Position numbers and translations under genes: made by a program. Shown piece after piece: positions 28,320-40,035 of a DNA stretch of 64,000 nt; positions within the stretch are counted from its first letter, which is position 1, and the number at the start of each line of letters is the position of its first letter. The notes under the pieces are model-generated. The model saw nothing but the letters and a program-made list of their open reading frames with translations, was not told the DNA's origin and did no database searches. The stretch is taken from NCBI GenBank assembly GCA_963817955.1, contig CAWFQK010000004.1, positions 1,472,001 to 1,536,000 of the forward strand, given 5' to 3'. Source of the DNA: an uncultured Gemmatimonadaceae bacterium (GTDB taxonomy: Bacteria; Gemmatimonadota; Gemmatimonadetes; Gemmatimonadales; Gemmatimonadaceae).

Positions 28320-30821
28320 TCAGCGTCCAATTCCAGCCCGTATGACGCCGAGTTGCTCCGGAGTGCCACTGAACAAACCCTCCGGGTATCGCGTGTACTG
28401 CAGCATCTGCGCGTAGATCCCGGCCTGGTCGTACACATTCAATCCCAGCCCGGCGAGGTATTGCAGCCGCAGATTGCGGTCGTGATTGATCTGCGCGTCC
28501 GCCAGCCATGGCCGGAGCATTGGCTCGTTGCCGGCGAACGTAGCAAAGAGCTGCGTGGCCGAGTTGAAACCAATCTCCCGCAACGACTGGGCGACGGTCG
28601 CATATTCCGGACGCGTCAGCCGTTGTTCGATATCGTCGACGTCGATCTTCATCGGGCCGAGCTGGCCGACCACCACGAGGTCGTACCCGCCACCATTGTT
28701 CGTATTGCCAAAGATGACGCCATTCGGGAACGCCTGAAAGAACGTCGCGACTTCGCTCTTCACCGCTTCCGTGTTGCTCTCGTAGAGCTGCACGAACAGC
28801 GTGACGACGCCGCCCGGGTTCAGGTGATCCTTCACGACGTCGAAGAACTCCTTGGTGTACAGGGTTGCCGCGCCCTTCACCCAGGGGTCGAGCGGATCGG
28901 AGGTCACCGCGTCGAATTTCTGTTTCGTGGTCAGAATGAAGTGGCGCGCATCGTCGATCTCCACGGTCACTTTCGGATTCGTCACGACGTTGTAGTTGTG
29001 CGCGCCAAAATATTTCGAAACAACCTTTGGAACGAGCGGCTCGATCTCGGCGATCGTCTCGTGCTCCACGGCAGGGCTGATACTCACGGCACCGGCCGTC
29101 ACGCCCGCGCCACACCCGATCACCAGCACCGACCGCGCGTGTACAGGCAAGAGCGTCGTCAGATGGCCGAGCATGCGCTGCAGCCGCATGTCTTGCGGCT
29201 CACTCGACGCTTGGACCTTGCCCGCATTGTGATAGTTGAGCACACCATTGCTGAGCTGCGAGACCGCAACCGACGAGTTCATGCCCTCGCCCACGTAAAT
29301 GAAGTCGTGTTCGTTTGTCAGCCGGCTCGCGAACCAGCGGCCGTAGCCGACGAGCAGCGGCGGAACGGGCGGCACCGACCGCATGCACAAGACAGCGACC
29401 ACGACGGCCACCACCCCATACACGGCACCTCTGAGACGCCCGCGCACGAGTACGCCCGCCGCCGGCGTGTTCGCCGCGACAATGGGGAGAAACGCGATGA
29501 TCGCGCTGATCGCAGCCGTCGCGATCAGAATGCGCTGCGCCTGTTGTGTGCCTAACCACGCAATGATCAACAGGCTGCCGCACAACGCCCCCACGATGCC
29601 GCCAATGGTGTTCGCGGCGTACACCGTCCCCACGAGCCGTCCCGGGTCCTTCTCCCCGCGACCGACCGCGGACAGGGCCAGGGGAAAGCTCGCACCCCAC
29701 AGCAGCGCCGCCGGCAGCACCACCCAGAGGCATCGCACGAGATCCATCTGAAAGGTGAAGGTCGGACTGATCGACAAACTGGGATTCACCGGCCAGTACG
29801 GGAGGAAGCGAGTCATGGAGTACGCGGCCCAAGCAATGGCGGCCGTCAACAGGAGTTGACAGATGCCGAGCGCCGTCTTGGGGTCTTTCAATGATCTCGA
29901 AAGCAGGGAACCGGCGCTGCTGCCAATGCCGAGCCCGACGAGGAACGCGGCGAGAATGAGCGAGAATGTGTACGTCGTCGCTCCGAGCAAGAGTGACAAC
30001 AGACGCGTCCACACCGCTTCGGCGGCAAGCGCCGTCGCGCCCGACAAGGCGATCGTGACGTAGACCGGCCACGTGCCGCGCGGAATCAACTGCCGCGGCT
30101 CGTCCGACCGATCGTCGTCCACCACGGTGTGCGCCGTCACACCGGCCAGCGCCAGACTCGCCAGCGCGACGGCGACGTCGATCGCCACGGCGACATACGT
30201 CGCGACCGACATGTCGTGAACGCGCAGCAGATAGAATCCGGCGAACAAGCAGCCGAACACCGCGCCGGCGATGTTGCTGCCGTAGAAGAAGCCAAGCCAG
30301 GAGACGCCCTCCTGCGTCGTCTCCACCCAGCGCGCAATGGCCGGCAGCGTGGCGCCCATCAGCAGGGTTGGCGGCAGGAGACAGAGCGCGCAGAAGAGTC
30401 CACGCACGAACAATCCACTCATGCCATGCACGGCGATCGCGAAGTACAACCCGCCCGCGTATGGCATGCCCCACAACACGAGCAGGCCAAAGGCGGCGAT
30501 CGCCGCTTCGAGCGCCGCGTAGACGCGCAGCGGATGCCGTTGGCGCGACACGTACTTGGCCAGCAATGCGCTGCCGAGACACATGCCGCCCATGAACGTC
30601 CCGAGCAGCACACCGAGCGAGATCGCCGAGGAGCCAATGATGAGACTCAACAACTGGAACCACACGATCTCGTAAATCAGCGCCGCACATCCGCTGCCGA
30701 TGAACAACAGCACGAGCGCGGGTAGATAGCGATGCGCAATGGGAGACGACACCGTTGCGACGGGCGCTCCGGACGTGGTGTACGCTTGGGTACGGCGAGG
30801 ATTCTTGGTCGTAGACGACAC
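28320..30821 (-). CDS. Fused membrane domain / spermidine synthase-like SAM-dependent protein
   Basis: SGCAALIYEIVW repeats in the TM region; VLVIGCGAGVT, EIEP, DDARHF, FDAVTSDP. Confidence 0.88.
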   Translation of the reverse strand: MSSTTKNPRRTQAYTTSGAPVATVSSPIAHRYLPALVLLFIGSGCAALIYEIVWFQLLSLIIGSSAISLGVLLGTFMGGMCLGSALLAKYVSRQRHPLRVYAALEAAIAAFGLLVLWGMPYAGGLYFAIAVHGMSGLFVRGLFCALCLLPPTLLMGATLPAIARWVETTQEGVSWLGFFYGSNIAGAVFGCLFAGFYLLRVHDMSVATYVAVAIDVAVALASLALAGVTAHTVVDDDRSDEPRQLIPRGTWPVYVTIALSGATALAAEAVWTRLLSLLLGATTYTFSLILAAFLVGLGIGSSAGSLLSRSLKDPKTALGICQLLLTAAIAWAAYSMTRFLPYWPVNPSLSISPTFTFQMDLVRCLWVVLPAALLWGASFPLALSAVGRGEKDPGRLVGTVYAANTIGGIVGALCGSLLIIAWLGTQQAQRILIATAAISAIIAFLPIVAANTPAAGVLVRGRLRGAVYGVVAVVVAVLCMRSVPPVPPLLVGYGRWFASRLTNEHDFIYVGEGMNSSVAVSQLSNGVLNYHNAGKVQASSEPQDMRLQRMLGHLTTLLPVHARSVLVIGCGAGVTAGAVSISPAVEHETIAEIEPLVPKVVSKYFGAHNYNVVTNPKVTVEIDDARHFILTTKQKFDAVTSDPLDPWVKGAATLYTKEFFDVVKDHLNPGGVVTLFVQLYESNTEAVKSEVATFFQAFPNGVIFGNTNNGGGYDLVVVGQLGPMKIDVDDIEQRLTRPEYATVAQSLREIGFNSATQLFATFAGNEPMLRPWLADAQINHDRNLRLQYLAGLGLNVYDQAGIYAQMLQYTRYPEGLFSGTPEQLGVIRAGIGR

Positions 30822-30882
30822 GGCTCGGATGGGACGAAGGAGGATGATGCCGGCTGCGGGAGGGAGGCAGACGGTATGTTAA

Positions 30883-32070
<1,188 letters not shown>

Positions 32071-32197
32071 AAGACCGGTCCACAAGAAGAAACGAAACGC
32101 ACTGGCGGTCGTAAACCCTTACGGGACTCAGCGGGTCAAATGACCGGTGCGTTCACTGTATGTCCCCCCCACCACATCCCCTACCTCGGGTCGTCAC

Positions 32198-35100
32198 GTG
32201 AGTCCACGGCGTTTGTTCGTCCTCTTCGCGACGTTCGGCTTTGTCGCGGCGAGCCTCCCGTCCGCGCTCTCCGCGCAACAATCCGACGTCATCCGGGGCC
32301 GCATCGTCGGCCCCGATAGCCTACCGGTCGAGCGGGCGACGATCACGGTCACGTCACTCGATGGCAACATCACGCGTACGGCGCGGACGGACAAAGGCGG
32401 CCGGTACACGATTGCCTTTCCCGGCGAGGAAGGCGATTACATCGTCAACATTGCGGCATTCGGCTTCGCGGCCAAGCGCTTTGAGATCAAGCGCACGGGA
32501 GATCAGGAGATTCTCGTGGCCGACGCCCGGCTCTCCCGCTCCGCCGCACAACTCGACGCGGTGAAGGTCCGCGCGTCGCGCGACAAGCCGGCGCGCGACG
32601 ACCTGCGGCCCGACATCAGCGGCAGCGAGCGCCAGGTGAATGGCAGTGGCCTTTCACCCGATCAGATGGGCGATCTCGCCGCGCTGGCCGCTTCGCTCCC
32701 CGGCGTTCAGCTCATTCCCGGCGCGGACGGCAGTCCTTCCAGCTTTTCGGTGCTGGGACTGACCGCCGACCAGAACGCGACGACCCTGAACGGGATGAAC
32801 TTCGGCGGCAGCAGCGTCCCCCGCGACGCGAACGTCTCCACCTCAGTGGTGACGACGCCCTATGACGTCTCGCGCGGCAACTTCAGCGGCGGCCTGCTCT
32901 CCATGCGCACCGGCCGGCCGTCGAACTTCATCATTCGCACGACGAGCGCCAACGTCGACGCTCCGCAGATGCAGTGGACCGATCCGGCGGCACGGTCGCT
33001 CGGGCAGCAGTACACGAACGTGTCCGTCGGCGGCCTGATCGCCGCCCCCATCCAGTCGGACAAGTCGTTCTTCAACATCGCATACCAATTCGGCCGGCGG
33101 CAGAGCGATCTTCAGAGCTTGCTGAACACCGACGCGCTGGGCTTGCAGACTGCCGGCCTGGCACCGGACTCCGTGAAGCATCTACTGTCGACCCTCGGTC
33201 GCTGGCCGGCGCTGACGTCGACCTCGGGTTTGCCGGGCGCACGCATGAACGATCAGGCGCTGGTCCTCGGCACGTTCGACTTCACACCTCCGTCGTCCAC
33301 CACCGGCCAGGCATTCAACCTGACGTACAACGCGCAGTGGAATCGCAGCACCGCCGCCACCGCATCGCCCACCGAGCTGCCTGCGCACAGCGGCGACCGC
33401 ACCACCTGGAACGCCGGTCTTCAGGGACGGCACACGAACTACTTCGGATTTGGCGTCCTGAGCGAAACATCGGTGGGTGTCAGCCAGAACCGAAACTACG
33501 GTACGCCGTATCTCGACCTGCCGAACGCCAGCGTGCGGGTGACTTCCTCATTTGCCGACGGCACATCGAGCGTGCAGAATGTGTCGTTCGGCGGCAACGC
33601 GTTCCTCAACACGAACGTCACGACGACCACCGGTCAGTTGTCCAACCAACTCTCCTGGTTCAGCGAGGACAATAAGCACCGCCTGAAGCTGACGACGGAG
33701 TTGCGACGCGATCAGTACGCGCAGGATCTCACGACGAATCGCCTGGGCACCTTCACCTACAATTCCCTGTCGGATCTCGACGCCGGAACGCCATCGGCGT
33801 TCACACGCCAACTGTCGCCGAGCAAGCGGAGCGAGAGTGAGTACATCGGCGGCCTGTCGCTCGGTGACTCGTATCGCCCCAGCAGCGACCTGCAGGTGCA
33901 GTACGGCGTGCGCGTGGACGGCAACCAGTTCAACGCGGGCCCCACGTTCAATCCCGACGTGCAGCGCGTGTTCGGGCTCGATAACGCGCGCGTGCCGAAC
34001 CGTGCGTATGTCAGCCCGCGCGTCGGCTTCTCGTGGACGTATGGCTCCGCGCCGCAGATCCCCGGGTTCGAGGGTGCCGTGCGCGGGCCGCGCGCGGTCG
34101 TGCGCGGGGGCGTCGGCGTCTTTCAGAGCACGCCGAGCGCATCGATGATCGGCAGCGCGATGGACAACACGGGGTTGGCAAGCGCCGTGCAGCAAATCGC
34201 CTGCGTCGGTGCCGGCGTGCCGACCCCCGATTGGGCGTCATACCTGGCGAACATCGGAGCAATTCCGTCCGCGTGCGCCAATGGGGCGACGGGGACGGTG
34301 TTCTCGAATAGCGCACCGAACGTGACGCTCTTCGCCAACGACTACTCGGCGCCACGTGCGCTCCGCTCCAATCTCCAGTGGAACGGACCGGTGCTCAGCA
34401 ACCGGTTCTCGGCGTCGGTCGATGCCACGTATTCGCTCAACATGAACCAGGCGAGCACGTTCGACCTGAACTTCTCGCCGGTGGAGCGGTTCTCGCTCGC
34501 GAACGAGGGCGGCCGCCCGGTGTACGCACAGCCGTCGAGCATTGTCCCGAGTACGGGTTCGATCGCGGCGGGTGAGGCGCGCATCACCCCGCTGTATTCG
34601 CATGTCAGCGAGTTGCGCTCGGACATGGAATCGGAGGCGCGCCAGCTCACCATCAGCCTTCAGCCAACCACCTTCAACACGAGCTTCACCTGGGGCTTGT
34701 CCTACGTGTACTCCAACACGCGCGAGCGCTTCCGCGGATTCACCAGCACGGCGGGCAATCCGCTCGATGTTGCGTGGGGCCGCTCGAGCTTCGACTCGCG
34801 CCATCAGGTGGTGTACCGCCTCAACTACAACGCGTTCGATTGGGTGCGTCTGGGGTGGAGCGGATCTGTGCGCTCGGGCACGCCGTACTCGCCACTCGTG
34901 GCGGGCGACATCAATGGCGACGGCTATGCGAACGACCGCGCGTTCATCTTCAACCCGGCGGTGACGAGCGATACGGCCGTGGCCAACGGGATGCGTTCGC
35001 TGTTGGCCAACGGTTCGTCGTCCGCAAAGGCGTGTCTCAATAGCCAGCTCGGACAGATCGGCGCGCGCAACAGCTGTCAAAGCCCGTGGTTCACCACGGC

Positions 35101-35944
35101 GAACCTGAGCTTTTCATTCAATCCGATCAAGGTGCGCATGCCGCAGCGCACGAGCCTGTCGTTCAATGTGTCCAACCCGATCGGCGCGGCGGACCTGGTG
35201 ATGCACGGCGAGAACAGGCTGCACGGGTGGGGACAGTCGGCGTTCCCGTCCAGCCAACTGCTGTACGTGCGTGGGTTTGACGCCTCGACAGACCAGTACA
35301 AGTACCAAGTCAATCAGCGCTTCGGCGCCACCTCCGTCTCGCAGACGATGTCGCGCACGCCGGTGACACTCACCGCCATGCTCCGCGTGGACGTCGGCCC
35401 ACCGCGAGAGCGGCAGGTGCTCACCCAGATGCTCGATCGTGGACGTACGTTGTCGGGCCAGAAGGCGCCGGAGCTGTTGCTCAAGATGTACGGCTCCATG
35501 GGCATCTCGAATCCCATGGCGGTGATCCTGACACAGGCGGATACGTTGGGACTCACGTCGCAACAGGCCGACAGCATTGCGGTGCTCAATCGCTGGTATA
35601 CGATGAAGCTGGATTCCATCTCGACCCCGCTGGCGAAATATCTGGCGGCACTGCCCGATCGCTATGACCAGGGGGAGGCCTATGGTCGCTACCGGATGGC
35701 GCGCGAGGCATCGATCGACGCGCTCGTCAAACTGGCCCCGACGATCAAGTCACTCCTCACGGCCGATCAACTCCGGAAACTGCCAACCTACGTTTCGCCA
35801 TTCCTCGACACGCGCTATCTCGCTTCCGTACGCTCCGGCACCGCCGGAACAGGTCTCGGTATGATCATGATGGGCGGCGGCGGTTCGGCGTCCATGGGCG
35901 GAATGAGCGGCGACAAAGTCACCATTCGCATCGGTTCGCCGTGA
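32198..35944 (+). CDS. Carboxypeptidase-regulatory-like domain / Oar-like TonB-dependent receptor with C-terminal helical extension
   Basis: Signal peptide; IRGRIVG..TDKGGRY; plug-like YDVSRGNFSGG; SPRVGFSW; GDINGDGYANDRAFI; about 180 aa follow the last strand. Confidence 0.8.
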   Translation: MSPRRLFVLFATFGFVAASLPSALSAQQSDVIRGRIVGPDSLPVERATITVTSLDGNITRTARTDKGGRYTIAFPGEEGDYIVNIAAFGFAAKRFEIKRTGDQEILVADARLSRSAAQLDAVKVRASRDKPARDDLRPDISGSERQVNGSGLSPDQMGDLAALAASLPGVQLIPGADGSPSSFSVLGLTADQNATTLNGMNFGGSSVPRDANVSTSVVTTPYDVSRGNFSGGLLSMRTGRPSNFIIRTTSANVDAPQMQWTDPAARSLGQQYTNVSVGGLIAAPIQSDKSFFNIAYQFGRRQSDLQSLLNTDALGLQTAGLAPDSVKHLLSTLGRWPALTSTSGLPGARMNDQALVLGTFDFTPPSSTTGQAFNLTYNAQWNRSTAATASPTELPAHSGDRTTWNAGLQGRHTNYFGFGVLSETSVGVSQNRNYGTPYLDLPNASVRVTSSFADGTSSVQNVSFGGNAFLNTNVTTTTGQLSNQLSWFSEDNKHRLKLTTELRRDQYAQDLTTNRLGTFTYNSLSDLDAGTPSAFTRQLSPSKRSESEYIGGLSLGDSYRPSSDLQVQYGVRVDGNQFNAGPTFNPDVQRVFGLDNARVPNRAYVSPRVGFSWTYGSAPQIPGFEGAVRGPRAVVRGGVGVFQSTPSASMIGSAMDNTGLASAVQQIACVGAGVPTPDWASYLANIGAIPSACANGATGTVFSNSAPNVTLFANDYSAPRALRSNLQWNGPVLSNRFSASVDATYSLNMNQASTFDLNFSPVERFSLANEGGRPVYAQPSSIVPSTGSIAAGEARITPLYSHVSELRSDMESEARQLTISLQPTTFNTSFTWGLSYVYSNTRERFRGFTSTAGNPLDVAWGRSSFDSRHQVVYRLNYNAFDWVRLGWSGSVRSGTPYSPLVAGDINGDGYANDRAFIFNPAVTSDTAVANGMRSLLANGSSSAKACLNSQLGQIGARNSCQSPWFTTANLSFSFNPIKVRMPQRTSLSFNVSNPIGAADLVMHGENRLHGWGQSAFPSSQLLYVRGFDASTDQYKYQVNQRFGATSVSQTMSRTPVTLTAMLRVDVGPPRERQVLTQMLDRGRTLSGQKAPELLLKMYGSMGISNPMAVILTQADTLGLTSQQADSIAVLNRWYTMKLDSISTPLAKYLAALPDRYDQGEAYGRYRMAREASIDALVKLAPTIKSLLTADQLRKLPTYVSPFLDTRYLASVRSGTAGTGLGMIMMGGGGSASMGGMSGDKVTIRIGSP

Positions 35945-35997
35945 GTCACACGAGCATGTGGCGACAACGAGAGTCACACGAACATTTGCCGATAACT

Positions 35998-37281
35998 ATG
36001 ATTAAACACTCATTGTTCCTGATTGCCGCCGCGTCCAGCCTCGCGGCGCAGACGCCGACCGTGCACCTCATCCGCGCGCCGGAGGCGGCGTCCAAGCAGG
36101 TGCTGACCAACGTGACGGCCGTCCGGCAACTGCCCGGCGGTCGTGTGCTGGTGAACGACATCGGCCGGCGACAGCTTCTGTCGTTCGACGCCGCACTGAC
36201 AACCGTGACCGTCGTGGCCGACTCGGCGAGCGGAGGCGCGAATGCCTACGGCCCCGGGCCCGGTGGGCTCATCGCCTATGCCGGTGACTCCTCACTCTTC
36301 GTCGACCCGCGGGACCTTTCGATGTTCGTCATCGACCCAACGGGCGCGATCGCCCGCGTGGCCGCCGTGCCGCGCTCGCAAGACGCCTCGACGATCGGCT
36401 CCAACACGTTCGGCAGTCCGGCCTTCGACCCGAAGGGACGTCTGGTCTATCGCGGCGGTATGAGCCGGATCATGCCAAAGGTGGACGCCAAGGGCAACTT
36501 CAGCATGCCCGAACTGCCCGACTCGTCGGCCATCGTGCGTGTCGATCTCGTTTCTCGCAAGCTCGATACGGCGGGGTTCATCAAGATTGCCCAAACGAAG
36601 ATGACCGTGAACCGGACCGAGCGCGGCATCTCGATGACGTCGGAGATCAACCCCATGCAGATCGTCGACGACTGGGCCGTGTTGTCCAATGGTACCATCG
36701 CCCTGATTCGCGGGCGCGATTATCACATCGATCTCATCGACGCCGACAATAAGACCACCTCGGCAGCGAAGGTTCCGTTCGACTGGGCGCGCTTGAGCGA
36801 TGAGGAGAAGGTAGCGGTCATCGATTCGGCAAAGACGGCCATGGATAGGGCGCGCACATCACCCAGCGCGAACAACGGAATGTATGTTGGAGCGGGCAGT
36901 GGCGGCGCCCAGAGGATGCAGATCATGACGATGGACGTCGGTGGCGGTGGCAGCCCCACCCAGGGCAAGGCCGATGGTGCCGCAGCCGGTCTGCCGCCAC
37001 TCGACTTCGTGAGTCCGAGCGAGCTCCCCGACTATCGCCCGGTGTTCACTGCAGGAGCAGCCAGACCTGATCTCGATGGTAATTTGTGGATCCGCACGTC
37101 AGCCACGCGTGCCGGCGTTTCCGCCGGACCGATCTACGATGTCGTCAACTCCAAGGGCGAGCTCGTGGATCGCGTGCAGGTGAGCGCCGGACGCCAGATT
37201 GTGGGATTCGGCACGGGTGGCGTGGTCTACCTTGTGGCCCGCGACGACAAGGGCGCCTGGCTCGAGAAAACCCACCGATAG
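35998..37281 (+). CDS. Secreted hypothetical protein, probable beta-propeller
   Basis: Signal peptide; beta-rich repeats (DLDGNLWIRT..IYDVVNSKGELVDRV); co-oriented with the receptor. Confidence 0.65.
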   Translation: MIKHSLFLIAAASSLAAQTPTVHLIRAPEAASKQVLTNVTAVRQLPGGRVLVNDIGRRQLLSFDAALTTVTVVADSASGGANAYGPGPGGLIAYAGDSSLFVDPRDLSMFVIDPTGAIARVAAVPRSQDASTIGSNTFGSPAFDPKGRLVYRGGMSRIMPKVDAKGNFSMPELPDSSAIVRVDLVSRKLDTAGFIKIAQTKMTVNRTERGISMTSEINPMQIVDDWAVLSNGTIALIRGRDYHIDLIDADNKTTSAAKVPFDWARLSDEEKVAVIDSAKTAMDRARTSPSANNGMYVGAGSGGAQRMQIMTMDVGGGGSPTQGKADGAAAGLPPLDFVSPSELPDYRPVFTAGAARPDLDGNLWIRTSATRAGVSAGPIYDVVNSKGELVDRVQVSAGRQIVGFGTGGVVYLVARDDKGAWLEKTHR

Positions 37282-37328
37282 CTCAACTGCCGGTTCTCCG
37301 GTGCAGCCATTGCACCTAGCGTTCAGCA

Positions 37329-38459
37329 ATGTCGAATCCGCACCGTTTAGCCGTTCTTGCGTTCGTCCTCGCCACCGCCTGTGGTGGCAACAGCAAATCC
37401 GTGCCGGCCGCGCAAACATCGCGCGCGCCGGCACGCAGTACATCGGCCACCGCTGGCCCCGTTTCGACGGCTCGCGACCTTGCCGGCGGCAAGGCTGACA
37501 TCGACAGGAAAGGCGCCAAACGCATCAGTGCCGATTCGGCGATCATGATCGGCGTCGCCACGCAGCCGAAGTCGCGAACGCAAGCGGATAGCATCTCGCT
37601 CGTCGCGTCCATTCGCGCGGGTCTGAAGAACCCCGGCTGGCCGGTACGAACACCACCACCACTGCCCGGATCGATTCTGCCGTACAAGCGGATCGTCGCA
37701 TTCTATGGCAATCCGCTGTCGAAAAAAATGGGCATCCTTGGCGAGATCCCGTACGACCAGATGCTCGCGAAGCTCGACCAGGTTGCCGCCGAATGGAAGG
37801 CGGCCGATCCAGCGACACCAGTGCAGGAAGCACTGCATCTCGTCGCGTCGGTGGCGCAAGGGCAACCCGGCAAGGACAGCATGTACCGCCAACGCTCCGA
37901 TCCGGACCTCATCGAGAAGATCTATGGGATGGCGCACGCGCGCGGCGCGATCACCATCCTGGACGTGCAGGCCGGCAAGAGCACGTTGGACCAGGAGATT
38001 CCAGTGCTGCTGCCCTTTCTACAGCGGCCGGACGTGCACCTGGGCATGGATCCCGAGTTCTACATGCACTACAACCGCGCCGGCCGCGCACCCGGATCGA
38101 AGATCGGCGCGATGGACGCGAACGACGTCAACTACGCCATCGACCAGCTCGCGCAGATCGTGACGAAGTACCATCTGCCGCCCAAGGTGCTCATCGTCCA
38201 TCGCTTCACACAGAACATGCTACAGCACGCAGACCGGATCAAACTCGATCCACGCGTGCAGGTCGTGATCAACATGGACGGCTGGGGCCAACCGTGGCTC
38301 AAGTTCGACACGTACAAGACGTGCGAGGTGGATGAGCCGGTGGAGTTCACGGGATTCAAGCTCTTCTTCCACAACGACACCCGCAAAGGCGACGCGCTGC
38401 TGTCGCCGACGGAAGTGCTCGCCCTGCGGCCGCGGCCGATCTACATCCAGTACCAATGA
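37329..38459 (+). CDS. Conserved lipoprotein of unknown function
   Basis: Lipobox LATAC; RIVAFYGNP..MGILGE, VHLGMDPEF, MDGWG, GFKLFF conserved-looking core. Confidence 0.75.
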   Translation: MSNPHRLAVLAFVLATACGGNSKSVPAAQTSRAPARSTSATAGPVSTARDLAGGKADIDRKGAKRISADSAIMIGVATQPKSRTQADSISLVASIRAGLKNPGWPVRTPPPLPGSILPYKRIVAFYGNPLSKKMGILGEIPYDQMLAKLDQVAAEWKAADPATPVQEALHLVASVAQGQPGKDSMYRQRSDPDLIEKIYGMAHARGAITILDVQAGKSTLDQEIPVLLPFLQRPDVHLGMDPEFYMHYNRAGRAPGSKIGAMDANDVNYAIDQLAQIVTKYHLPPKVLIVHRFTQNMLQHADRIKLDPRVQVVINMDGWGQPWLKFDTYKTCEVDEPVEFTGFKLFFHNDTRKGDALLSPTEVLALRPRPIYIQYQ

Positions 38460-38466
38460 CGGACGC

Positions 38467-38883
38467 CTACCCCCTACGAACCAGGTCCAACTCGCACGAC
38501 CCGCGATCGACTGACATGAACGACCCGGTAATCCGGTCGTTCGATTGCAAGGTGCCGCTGTACGGGGGTGTCCACAATGTGTCGCTAAATACCATGTGCC
38601 CGTGGAGTGCCACGCCAGATCGCGCGGCGGACAACGTGACCTGCCCTGTTCCCGTCAAGTTTTCACCACCACATCCAAGCGTATTCACTGGGCCAACGGA
38701 GTAGCCGCCGGTGCCCGTCACCGAATCGGCCGTCCAGGTGAGCTGAAGCGAGACGGAGACCCCGCCCGCCGCGCCCGACCATGTGCCAGCCAAGTTGGTG
38801 TCGGGCGGTGGCGTGCCGCCGATCGCGGAGATGCACGTCGCGAGAATAGCGGCCACCCCGAGGTTCCATACCCGCGCAGTCAT
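38467..38883 (-). CDS. Secreted hypothetical beta-rich protein
   Basis: Hydrophobic N-terminus; NLAGTWSG...; Cys pair. Confidence 0.55.
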   Translation of the reverse strand: MTARVWNLGVAAILATCISAIGGTPPPDTNLAGTWSGAAGGVSVSLQLTWTADSVTGTGGYSVGPVNTLGCGGENLTGTGQVTLSAARSGVALHGHMVFSDTLWTPPYSGTLQSNDRITGSFMSVDRGSCELDLVRRG

Positions 38884-38911
38884 GACCGCCTGAACGCCTG
38901 CTCTCGCGCAA

Positions 38912-39469
38912 TCACCGGAACTCATAGTAGAGATTGATCAACGCCCCGATCGCCAGAGACGTCGTGCCGTTCACGAGCGCGATGCGAGTGCGATCGGTGC
39001 CATGCGCTGGGCGCCACGACGCTTGAGCGAAACTGCCGGCGTAGGCGCCAACGATGCGCGGGATGGCCAGAGGGAGCGTGCCGTTGGGTAGCTGGTCAGT
39101 GAAGGCTCGGCGAATGGCCCAGGCGGTCCGGTCGCCAACACCGCGGCATACGCAACGCTTGTATCCCAAGGGGCGATTCATGGCCGCGGCCAGTCCTTCG
39201 TTGACGAGCTCCTGGATGTAGAATTCGCCGACATTCGACGCAGCGCGCTTCTCGTAGCCGACCCATCCGGTCCCCCATTCGGGTGGCTGCTTCTGCGTCT
39301 GATCGTATCCGGCGAATGCTAGTCCTTCGACCGTGCCATACACGAGGTCGCGTCCCAAGTGGACCAGACGCGTCGCCGAGTCGGAGCCTACCCGGCTCTG
39401 CGCACTTGCACTGGAAAAGCCGAACATCGCCGCAACAAGGGCAACGACAAGCATTCTGAGTCCACGCAT
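38912..39469 (-). CDS. Secreted/membrane hypothetical protein
   Basis: Signal peptide; PPEWGTGWVGYEKR, YKRCVC, C-terminal YEFR. Confidence 0.65.
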   Translation of the reverse strand: MRGLRMLVVALVAAMFGFSSASAQSRVGSDSATRLVHLGRDLVYGTVEGLAFAGYDQTQKQPPEWGTGWVGYEKRAASNVGEFYIQELVNEGLAAAMNRPLGYKRCVCRGVGDRTAWAIRRAFTDQLPNGTLPLAIPRIVGAYAGSFAQASWRPAHGTDRTRIALVNGTTSLAIGALINLYYEFR

Positions 39470-39613
39470 GTGACCGTTGGCTGAATGTCGAGCGCCATGC
39501 GGGCAAGCGGTGGGCCAGAAGCCACTTCGGTCCGACAGCAATCGCGGGTTTTTCCCTACTGACACCCGCTCCGGTTGAATGCAGCGTGGTAGCGAAGCCG
39601 ACAGGGGATTCCC

Positions 39614-40018
39614 ATGTTCCGAGGCATGATCGTAGTCAGCGCCTGTCTTGCGCTCGGCGTCGTCGCGCCGCAGCGGACTCGCGCCCAATTGCCATCCTCC
39701 GGACCGGAGGTGACGTCATCGAATCTGGCAGTTCAACTGGGCGTGAAGACGGCGCCCGATGCACCGGTCGAGGTTGATCTCGGCCGCTCGATCACCTGCA
39801 CACTCGACGATCCGGACAAGCTGGCGAAGCACGGCATCAAGGGAATGCACGAGGGTGCACGCGTAACGATTACGCGCGTTGCGCCCGATCGCATTCGTAT
39901 CGAGGCCGATGAGCTGGATCCGGCACCGTTCAGCGGCGCCGTGACGCTAAAGGTCGGCGTCGACGGCTCGTTGACCACCGCGCCGGAGCGCGCACCGGCC
40001 AAGCCACCGGGCGCGTGA
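39614..40018 (+). CDS. Secreted hypothetical protein
   Basis: Signal peptide, typical codon usage, AGGGGA RBS-like sequence. Confidence 0.6.
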   Translation: MFRGMIVVSACLALGVVAPQRTRAQLPSSGPEVTSSNLAVQLGVKTAPDAPVEVDLGRSITCTLDDPDKLAKHGIKGMHEGARVTITRVAPDRIRIEADELDPAPFSGAVTLKVGVDGSLTTAPERAPAKPPGA

Positions 40019-40035
40019 CGCGGCCAGCCGCCTGA

